Of a stretch of DNA of 64,000 nucleotides, positions 27,993-35,548 are shown one piece after another. The stretch comes from Planctomycetes bacterium GWF2_41_51 (GTDB lineage: Bacteria; Planctomycetota; Phycisphaerae; Sedimentisphaerales; UBA12454). Numbering within the stretch: the first letter of the stretch is position 1; each line of letters starts with the position of its first letter. The position numbers and the translations under genes were made by a program. The notes under the pieces are model-generated. The model was given only the letters and a program-made list of their open reading frames with translations. It was not told where the DNA came from and searched no databases. The stretch lies in contig MHXZ01000112.1 of assembly GCA_001825665.1 (NCBI GenBank), positions 18,994 through 82,993 of the forward strand, read 5' to 3'.

Positions 27993-30161
27993 TTAATAAG
28001 TTCCCACTAATTGTTCCTGTGAAGGTTCTTTCCAGAGGAATTTTGCTCTGATTCTGAACCATCTGTCTCTTTCAATATAAAGAGGCTTTCCGAAAGAATC
28101 TATCTTCTTTCTGCCTTTTTCATCAAGCTCAAACGTTTTGCTGATTTCTTCATTTGTAAGCGGGTCGATGAGAACCAGTTCGCTTGCGACATGATCGGCT
28201 GATTCGCCTCTGCCAACCGTCCTGCCGCCTCGGCCGGTCGCAGTCGCAGGTTGTTCTTCATCAACGGAGCCTCTTGTTTTAAGCAGAGGGACGCCAATTC
28301 CTGCCGGCATCTTGTTATCTGTAATCTCAACAAGGCCTGTTTCCGTTCTGAAATGTTCGATTTTTCCCTTATTAAACAATTGGAATGGACTGTTGCCATC
28401 AAAAAAATAATTAAGATTCATCATTCGAGTAACAATGCCCCATTTATTGGGGTCGCTTCCAACACCTGCCGGGTCCATCAATTCGCCAATTCTTTCATAA
28501 GGCGTATAACCTTCGATAACAACTACAAAACCTTTCCCGTCTGCCGCTTGGCCTGTCGGGTCGATAGTTTCGCCACCATAACTTGCATCTGCGGTCCTGA
28601 CAGTTCGCCCGCCCCTGCCGCTTGTTTCAAACGAAGCGCTCGCGATACTGTCGTAATACATTACATTAAGGCTTGTTATAAATACCTGCTTGCGTTCGTT
28701 TCTCTGCACTGCAAGTATCTTACTGATATCGCCTTGCGTGTAAGCATCGCAAATATCTTTCTGCTGAGGAAGGCATTTAAAGATTGTTTGATGAAGCAAC
28801 GGAATTACTTCACGGTATTTAAAAATCTGCATCTGATTGTCAATCTGTTGTTTATACGTATCATTTCTTGACTTTTGCGCCTGCAGCTCCGATTCTATAT
28901 TTCTTGCTTTTTGAAGTATTGCTTCGGTTGCCTGCTTTTTCGGCGATGAACCTCCGGAATCAATGCTCTTGAGGTCAAATACTGTTTTAAGCAATCCGAG
29001 CAGTGATGCGGCAATCAGAATTATCGCTGCCGTTGTGAAAAATTTGCTTTTGCGAGCCCACATCATTCTGCGCGCAATTCCCTTGGGTAGAAGATTGCTG
29101 TTGATTTTCGCGTAACCGAGCGCCTGCACACCAAGGCCATAAGTAACGGCAAGGTCGCAAATGCTGTCGTGCAGCTTTGCGCTTGAAACACTGGCTGATG
29201 GAACAAGTTTTTCGAATGAATCCGGCCTAACTACTGATAATTGCGTAGTTTGCTGAATATATTTGTTCAGGCCCTGAAGTTTAAAACCGCCGCCGAGCAA
29301 TACTATTTTTGTGTAAGCCGTGCCTCTGTGACTGCCGCTGAAATATCCCAAAGAACGCTGCACTTCGGCGCCTAAATCCGTAAAAACGGGTTTCATAGCG
29401 TGGAAAATCTGTCTTGCGTATTTGCTGACAGGAGCGCCGCGTTTGAGTTTTTCAGCTTTTGCAAAATCGAGTTTAAAGGCGTCAGCGATTGCTTTCGTAA
29501 AGTTATTGCCGCCTAAGGGGATACATCTCTGCCAGACAGATAATTTTGTGCAAATCACAAGATTTGTATCGGCAGAACCCATATCGAGAAGCACAACCGC
29601 TTTTTTGTCCTGGTCGTCGAGGTCGTTGCGGTCGAACTGAGCGTAATTATATAACGCCATCGGGGCCATCTGGACGAGGGTTACTCTCAGGTTTTCTGAT
29701 GAGAAATTATCGAGATATCTGCTGATAAGCTCGTTTTTTATCGCGAAAATACCGACTTCCACATCGGGACTATCGGGCTTGGGCATAATTTGCCAGTCCC
29801 ATTCCACTTCGTTAATATCGAATGGAATTTGCTGAACTGATTCAAATTTGATGATTTCGGGAATTTTTTTGGGTTCAACCGGAGGAAGCTTTATAAATCT
29901 TGCAAAACTCGTCTGGCCGGGAACTGAAACGGCTATCTCATCTTTGGCTAAGGAGTTGCGGCCTACAAAAGTCGCGAGGCTTGCACGAATTATTTGATTT
30001 TTTTCTTCTTCGCTGATACCATTTGCGTTTAGAATCCTGGGATGCTCGATATAGTCAAGTCCGGTTACCTCAATACGGTCGCCTGCCGCCTGAAGTCTTA
30101 GTGCTTTCAGAGAACTGCTGCCTATGTCGATTGCCCAAACAGAACGAGCGGCTGTTGCCAT
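27993..30161 (-). CDS. PilM-like actin-fold ATPase fused to a PilN-like TM/coiled-coil segment and a ~300-aa C-terminal extension
   Basis: VWAIDIGSSSLKALRL and VVLLDMGSADTNLVI are PilM phosphate-binding motifs. A TM helix FFTTAAIILIAASLLGLL sits near residue 370, followed by a coiled coil. The extension contains a duplicated GRGGRTV motif. Confidence 0.65.
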   Translation of the reverse strand: MATAARSVWAIDIGSSSLKALRLQAAGDRIEVTGLDYIEHPRILNANGISEEEKNQIIRASLATFVGRNSLAKDEIAVSVPGQTSFARFIKLPPVEPKKIPEIIKFESVQQIPFDINEVEWDWQIMPKPDSPDVEVGIFAIKNELISRYLDNFSSENLRVTLVQMAPMALYNYAQFDRNDLDDQDKKAVVLLDMGSADTNLVICTKLSVWQRCIPLGGNNFTKAIADAFKLDFAKAEKLKRGAPVSKYARQIFHAMKPVFTDLGAEVQRSLGYFSGSHRGTAYTKIVLLGGGFKLQGLNKYIQQTTQLSVVRPDSFEKLVPSASVSSAKLHDSICDLAVTYGLGVQALGYAKINSNLLPKGIARRMMWARKSKFFTTAAIILIAASLLGLLKTVFDLKSIDSGGSSPKKQATEAILQKARNIESELQAQKSRNDTYKQQIDNQMQIFKYREVIPLLHQTIFKCLPQQKDICDAYTQGDISKILAVQRNERKQVFITSLNVMYYDSIASASFETSGRGGRTVRTADASYGGETIDPTGQAADGKGFVVVIEGYTPYERIGELMDPAGVGSDPNKWGIVTRMMNLNYFFDGNSPFQLFNKGKIEHFRTETGLVEITDNKMPAGIGVPLLKTRGSVDEEQPATATGRGGRTVGRGESADHVASELVLIDPLTNEEISKTFELDEKGRKKIDSFGKPLYIERDRWFRIRAKFLWKEPSQEQLVGTY

Positions 30162-30241
30162 ATTTTTTCCGATAATTGCTTTTAAAAGTTAGGTTTATAA
30201 AATATTATCAAGACAAATAATTATAACAGATTACCTAAATT

Positions 30242-31510
30242 ATGCAAACTTTTGCTATAAATACTCTTGGCTGTAAAGTAAATCAATACGAATCCCAGCA
30301 GATTATACAATTTCTGACGGATTGCAAACTCTTATACGTACAAAGGTTCGAATCGGCCGAAATAATTATTATTCATACCTGCTGCGTAACGAAAACCGCT
30401 TCAGCCAAAAGCAGGCAGCTTGTCAATAAAGCTCAAAAACTCAATCCTAATGCTAAAATCATCGTTTCCGGCTGTCTTTTAAATTCGGAGCCGAAAGAGT
30501 TTGAATCTTTGAAGGACAAGGCACTGTTTGCATCTAATATCAATGAACTTTTTGAACTTCTCAAGAAAGAGCTGAACCTTAGCAACCCCCTGCCAATCAA
30601 AGGCTTACAAAAGTTCTGCGGTCAAACGCGGGCTTTTTTGAAAGTACAGGATGGATGCGATGGCTACTGTTCGTACTGCATCATTCCAACGACAAGACCC
30701 AATATCACGTTTAAGCCTGTTGAGCAAATTATAACAGAAACGCAAGACCTTGTCAAATCAGGACATAAAGAGATAATCCTTACCGGAATATTCCTCGGAG
30801 CATACGGTCAAAATACGGTAAAACGTAAAAATTGGCCGGATAATGAAAATCCATTACTGGCTGAAATGCTGGAGGAGGTGGCGCAAGTACCTGACCTTAA
30901 ACGAATTAGGTTAAGCTCGCTGGAACCGGCAGATGTTACTTCAAGATTGCTTGAAGTGATGAAAAATTATCCTAACATTATGCCGCACCTGCACTTATCA
31001 TTACAATCGGGTTCGGATAAAATCCTGAAAAAAATGAATCGGCAATATACCGTCAAAGACTTTCTTAACTCCATTGAAAACATCAATTTACAGCTTGACC
31101 GCCCTGCTATTACCACGGATGTCATCGTGGGATTTCCGGGCGAGACTATGCAGGATTTCGCGCAAAGTCTTTCAATTGCTAAACTTGCGGGCTTTTCCAA
31201 AATACATATCTTTCCATTCAGCAAACGAGTGGGAACAGCTGCGGAAAAATTGCAAGACCAGACAAGCAAAGAAGTTATAACGGAAAGAACCAAACAACTG
31301 CACGAACTGGAAAAACAGTTAGCTCAGAATTTCAGAAAGCAATTTATCGGCCAGACGGTGCAAGTCCTTATAGAGGATGAAGTTAAGAATTGCGGTAAAT
31401 GCGAGCGATATTATGAAATCATTGTGAAAACGGATGCCACATTGCCGAAAGGCGAAATTGTGAAATGCATAATCAACTCTGATGCAGTGACGGCAACGAT
31501 TGAAGTTTAG
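30242..31510 (+). CDS. mtaB: tRNA t6A37 methylthiotransferase MtaB (MiaB-like radical SAM)
   Basis: UPF0004 N-domain (FAINTLGCKVNQYESQ), radical SAM motif CDGYCSYCIIP, C-terminal TRAM-like domain, 422 aa in length. Confidence 0.8.
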   Translation: MQTFAINTLGCKVNQYESQQIIQFLTDCKLLYVQRFESAEIIIIHTCCVTKTASAKSRQLVNKAQKLNPNAKIIVSGCLLNSEPKEFESLKDKALFASNINELFELLKKELNLSNPLPIKGLQKFCGQTRAFLKVQDGCDGYCSYCIIPTTRPNITFKPVEQIITETQDLVKSGHKEIILTGIFLGAYGQNTVKRKNWPDNENPLLAEMLEEVAQVPDLKRIRLSSLEPADVTSRLLEVMKNYPNIMPHLHLSLQSGSDKILKKMNRQYTVKDFLNSIENINLQLDRPAITTDVIVGFPGETMQDFAQSLSIAKLAGFSKIHIFPFSKRVGTAAEKLQDQTSKEVITERTKQLHELEKQLAQNFRKQFIGQTVQVLIEDEVKNCGKCERYYEIIVKTDATLPKGEIVKCIINSDAVTATIEV

Positions 31511-31738
31511 CTAATTTAGCTATACTCACTAAATTAAATAGCTCCTGACCCCATTTTTTTTATGCGCAAGTTTTAGGCCTTATTTTTGAGCTGAAAATAA
31601 GGTTTAATGTTAGAAAGATGGGTGATCAATTAACCGTGCAAAGTTAACGTAAATAAAAGACTTATGGCACTTTTGTAAAATATAACATATTGATTTTCAA
31701 TAACTTAGAACGAATTTGCTAAAAATTGAAAAATTAAC

Positions 31739-31769
31739 CACGGATTGCACGGATTTTCATGGAATTTTT
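31739..31769 (+). repeat. Three phased tandem words CACGGATTG / CACGGATTTT / CATGGAATTTTT
   Basis: Direct reading shows a 9-10 nt period. It is the same word family as 41002-41031. Confidence 0.7.
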
Positions 31770-31839
31770 AAAAAAATGGTGAGAAAAGTATATCAAAAGT
31801 GAATACTTTTTATAGAGGTTCAGGGTCTTTATTGATTGC

Positions 31840-31878
31840 ATCTCGCATTTCGTGAAGCGTATCTCGTTTTTAGTGAAG
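31840..31878 (+). repeat. Direct repeat of two 18-nt units (ATCTCG-N6-GTGAAG) with a 21-nt period, followed by AGTGAATA words to 31902
   Basis: atctcgcatttcgtgaag / cgt / atctcgtttttagtgaag, 14 of 18 identical. Confidence 0.65.
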
Positions 31879-31944
31879 AGTGAATAACGAATAGTGAATA
31901 GCTGTGGATTCGGAAGCCGAGACTATTTTAATCATTACTACAGC

Positions 31945-31967
31945 CACAGACGGACACAGATTTTTTT
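31945..31967 (+). repeat. Two phased words CACAGACGGA / CACAGATTTT ending in a T-run
   Basis: 10-nt period, preceded by CC like the CACGRATT loci. Confidence 0.6.
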
Positions 31968-32269
31968 AATATATTATTTGGCGGATTCTTCGATGGAGTT
32001 TCGGAATTCCAAAAACTCCTGCTCGATCATTGAGCTTCTAATTTCTTCATCGGTCTGCCAAAGATCGTTCAAGCCAATCAACTAACATTTCAATATCAAT
32101 TGGTTCAATCGATGTTGCTGATTGGGCGGCAGGTAGTAAACCCCCGGCAGAGCCGAGGGCTAAATACTTGGAACATTTTGAAGAGAAATATTTTTCAGGC
32201 TATTTTAAACATTAATAAAATTTGAAAAAAATTTCATTTGAAAATATGGTACAATAGTTATGGTGAAAT

Positions 32270-33688
32270 ATGACTGGGGCGGTTAAATACATTTTGTTGT
32301 TTTCAATTCTCTTTACGGCGGCCGGAAATGCTTTTGCAGAGTGCAATGATTTTGAAATTGACGGGACGTGGGAAGCATCGCTGGATTTGCCGCGGATTAA
32401 TTTTCTGCTGAAAACATCTGCGAGCGGGCCGCCGATTGAAGTTGAGGGAGCGTTCGAGCTTAACTGGGCATTTCTGGATACCGGGGCATCGGGAATACTT
32501 CTTTCGCGAGAGACGACGGAGATAATGGGAATTAATAAAGAAACAAACGCTCAATTTGTCGATACGGGAATCGGGGGCGATGAGTTTTTCGATGTATCCG
32601 CACCTTTGTATGTCGGTACGCTAGACTTTGACAGCGATGAAATACAGGCATATAACCTTGACGAATATCATCTTTATCCGCAATGGAGGTTTCAGGTTTC
32701 ACGCGAATATGCGGAATGGCCTTCTGAGCCGCTGGACGTTTTGGGAATGCCTGTGATGGCGGGCAGGGTCGCGGTGCTTCGGCCGATTCAGGATTTGGAT
32801 ATAGGATGGGAGTGGGATATTGATTCGGAACAGACTATGGATGGCGAGGGGCAGATATATTTTTCTGCGGATATCAAAGACGCCAACGACCCGAATATAC
32901 CTGCGACGGATTTTCAGGTTGCGCTGCGGTTTGACAAATTCATTAACAAAACGAATCCGGGAAATATACCGCCTTTGCCTGTGCTTGGATATAATCCGGT
33001 TATAGACAATATTACAATCGAGAAAGACGGGTTAAGTTCGACGTGCAATCTGCTGCTTGATACAGGCGGGACGATAAGTATTATTTCTGTTGAGCATGGG
33101 ATGGCGCTGGGGCTTGTGGATGAAAATGGCGAACCGATAGTGCCTTATGATTTTTCGATACCGATTGGCGGAATCGGCGGAGAGGTTGAACTGCCGGGGT
33201 TTACGCTGGATAAGTTGTCTGTGCCGACGATGAACGGATTTAATCTTGTATATCTCAACGCGAGGGTTTGCGTGCATGATATCGGGATCCTTGACGAGGA
33301 CAGCGGAGAGTTTGAAATTATTGATGGGATTTTCGGCGATAATTTTATCTGTGCCTCGATGAATATCGATACGTGGGATATAAGCTCGACGCCATTCGAT
33401 AATATTGTTGTCGATATGCGGCGCGGGATTCTGGGATTTGATGTGAATCCGATTTATCCTGTGCCGAGCTGCAATTTTACCGGCTGCGGGAGCGCGAGCA
33501 TGCCCCGGCCTGCGGGTGATTTTACAGGAGATTGCGCGGTCGATATCGCGGATTTGCAAATCGTGGCGGAAGAATGGCTCAAAGATTGCGACTGGCTGAA
33601 TTTCAATTGCAGAGGGGCTGATATGGTTCGTGACGGGGTGATAGATTACAGGGATTTTAACGAATTGGCCAATCAGTGGCGTCTGTGA
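32270..33688 (+). CDS. Secreted tandem retropepsin-like aspartyl protease with a dockerin-like C-terminal module
   Basis: Signal peptide. Two copies of the retropepsin active-site context (WAFLDTGASGILLSRETTEIMGI and NLLLDTGGTISIISVEHGMALGL). The C-terminal GDFTGDCAVDIADLQIVAEEW...DMVRDGVIDYRDFNELANQW resembles paired dockerin/EF-hand repeats. Confidence 0.55.
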   Translation: MTGAVKYILLFSILFTAAGNAFAECNDFEIDGTWEASLDLPRINFLLKTSASGPPIEVEGAFELNWAFLDTGASGILLSRETTEIMGINKETNAQFVDTGIGGDEFFDVSAPLYVGTLDFDSDEIQAYNLDEYHLYPQWRFQVSREYAEWPSEPLDVLGMPVMAGRVAVLRPIQDLDIGWEWDIDSEQTMDGEGQIYFSADIKDANDPNIPATDFQVALRFDKFINKTNPGNIPPLPVLGYNPVIDNITIEKDGLSSTCNLLLDTGGTISIISVEHGMALGLVDENGEPIVPYDFSIPIGGIGGEVELPGFTLDKLSVPTMNGFNLVYLNARVCVHDIGILDEDSGEFEIIDGIFGDNFICASMNIDTWDISSTPFDNIVVDMRRGILGFDVNPIYPVPSCNFTGCGSASMPRPAGDFTGDCAVDIADLQIVAEEWLKDCDWLNFNCRGADMVRDGVIDYRDFNELANQWRL

Positions 33689-33767
33689 TTGAAATTTAAG
33701 TCTTGACGAGAGGATATATAAGGGGTTATATTTTCCAGTTCTAAGAAGGTTTTTTCAGGAATATTTT

Positions 33768-34325
33768 GTGAAAGCAAGCGAATTAAGGCCCGGAATGGGC
33801 GTGATAATGGATAATAAACTTTGCATTTGTGTTAAGTCGGTGCATGTTACGCCGGGCAATCTTCGTGCGTTCGTGCAGGCGAAACTTCGCGGTGTTAAGG
33901 ATGGGGTGATGTTCGAGAAAAGGCTTCGCTCGACGGAAGACATCGAGCAGGCGTTTCTGGACAGACGCGAAATGCAATATTTATATTCTGACCAGACGGG
34001 GCTTGTGCTGATGGATAATGTGAATTTCGATCAGTTCACGGTGCCGCTTGAGATGGTTGAGGATGTGGTGAAATTTTTGAAACCGGATACAAATATTACT
34101 GCGCTTCTGCACGATAATATCGTAGTTTCGATTGAACTGCCGAAGGTTGTGGAATTGAAAGTTACGGAAACGGCTCCGCAGCCAAAGGGAGCAACCGCAA
34201 CGAATCAGTTGAAAGACGCTGAACTGGAAACGGGTCTTCATACACGGGTTCCGCCTTTTATCGAGGTTGGTGAAATGGTGAAAATCAGTACTGAAGACGG
34301 TTCTTATTTATCGAGAGCGAAATAA
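33768..34325 (+). CDS. efp: Elongation factor P
   Basis: GTG start. KASELRPGMGVIMDNKLCICVKSVHVTPGNLRAFVQAKLRGVKDG matches the EF-P N-domain, including the conserved loop. 185 aa. Confidence 0.9.
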   Translation: MKASELRPGMGVIMDNKLCICVKSVHVTPGNLRAFVQAKLRGVKDGVMFEKRLRSTEDIEQAFLDRREMQYLYSDQTGLVLMDNVNFDQFTVPLEMVEDVVKFLKPDTNITALLHDNIVVSIELPKVVELKVTETAPQPKGATATNQLKDAELETGLHTRVPPFIEVGEMVKISTEDGSYLSRAK

Positions 34326-34344
34326 TTCCGGCAGAGCCAGGGGG

Positions 34345-35094
34345 CTAAAAGTTTTTAATCAACCTTAGAATCATATCTGCTGTTCGCGGTTTTTTTTCGA
34401 GGACATACGTCATATATTCAATCAGCAATTCTTCGATTTGAACGAGGGAAGTTTTCTGCGCATCTGAAATTTTCTGCGGCTGATTAAGAATCATAGCGGA
34501 TTGATAAGGCAGCATTTTTTTGTCAATGTAGGCGGGTTCGCAATCGCGGCAGACGAGTCCCCCTGCTGTAATGCTGAAGAAATACTGCTTCCAATTCGCA
34601 TCGAATTTTCTTTTGCAGTTTGCGCAAATATCCGTCATCGGCAAAGAGCCGGCGTAGGTGAGAAGAGAAATTTCAAACATAATCAGGAACGGCAGAATTT
34701 TATCTTCGGGATTTTCGTCAAGTCTTTTGAGGAATGTAACGGATTCATCGAAAAGCTCGGGGTGAGGGTCGTGCTCTTTTGTGAAGAGGTTGAGCAGTTC
34801 GGCGGCGAAGAATGCACAATTAATCGCGAGAAGTTTTTTGCGAATGCCGATACTGAAAAATGTCGGATTAAATTCGGTGAGCGTGCCCATCTTCTCATTT
34901 TCTCTGAGTGAGTAAACCAAATCGGCAACGGAGCAGATTTCTATGGGTGCGGAGAATGAAGATTTGGCTCTTCGGGAGCCTTTGGCGATGAGGGAAATTT
35001 TGCCGGAGGCGGCGGTGAAGAAAGTCAGAATCTGCGAACTTTCGGAATAATCGGTCGAGCGGATGCAAATACCTTTATCTTTTATCAGAGCCAT
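34345..35094 (-). CDS. recO: DNA repair protein RecO
   Basis: OB-fold N-terminus (GICIRSTDYSESSQILTFFT...GKISLIAKGSRR) and a zinc motif CANCKRKF...CRDCE. Confidence 0.8.
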   Translation of the reverse strand: MALIKDKGICIRSTDYSESSQILTFFTAASGKISLIAKGSRRAKSSFSAPIEICSVADLVYSLRENEKMGTLTEFNPTFFSIGIRKKLLAINCAFFAAELLNLFTKEHDPHPELFDESVTFLKRLDENPEDKILPFLIMFEISLLTYAGSLPMTDICANCKRKFDANWKQYFFSITAGGLVCRDCEPAYIDKKMLPYQSAMILNQPQKISDAQKTSLVQIEELLIEYMTYVLEKKPRTADMILRLIKNF

Positions 35095-35548
35095 ATACCA
35101 CTCCGAAACCGTGTTTTCGCAGAATTTGGTCTTCTGTGCGGTGCATTTTTGCGGCTTTTCGCGGCGTTAAATCGTCGAAGCCAAGCTGGTGCAACAGGCC
35201 GTGAAGAATATAAAGGGCAAGCTCGGACTCGGGACTGTGGCCGCGGAGTTTTGCCTGGCGATTTGCTAATTGCGCGTTGACGATGATATCATAAAATTTT
35301 TCTTTATTTTCAGAAACATCGAAACTAATCACATCGGTAACCTTGCTTGTTTTCAGGAATTTTTTATTAACCGCGATGATTTTTTTATCATCGGCAATTT
35401 CAATATTAATCTGTGCTTTGCGCAGGCCGAAAAGATTAGATGTTTTTCGAATGAGGTTGTTTATGCGGCGTTTATTGAACGCAAATGATTTGCTGCTCAT
35501 AAAAAATTTAATTTTGATACCTGAGAGCTTTGCGCGTTTTTCAGGCAT
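35075..35548 (-). CDS. ybeY: rRNA maturation endoribonuclease YbeY
   Basis: The metal site HGLLHQLGFDD matches the H-G-x-L-H-L-x-G-x-D pattern. The start is set at the ATG at 35548, which overlaps the upstream stop (ATGCCTGA). The ATG at 35500 is also possible. The track start at 35662 lies inside the upstream gene. Confidence 0.8.
   Translation of the reverse strand: MPEKRAKLSGIKIKFFMSSKSFAFNKRRINNLIRKTSNLFGLRKAQINIEIADDKKIIAVNKKFLKTSKVTDVISFDVSENKEKFYDIIVNAQLANRQAKLRGHSPESELALYILHGLLHQLGFDDLTPRKAAKMHRTEDQILRKHGFGVVYGSDKR

Noticed and set aside
31508-31560. The palindrome TAGCTAAtTTAGCTA and a later T9 run after mtaB, considered as a terminator.
   Set aside because: The palindrome leaves no loop. 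The T-run is about 30 nt away and not preceded by a stem.
31975-32090. A 34-codon minus-strand ORF (LIGLNDLWQTDEEIRSSMIEQEFLEFRNSIEESAK*), considered as a small antitoxin or gene remnant.
   Set aside because: It has a TTG start directly after a stop, no RBS and no recognisable family. It is too short to support a call.
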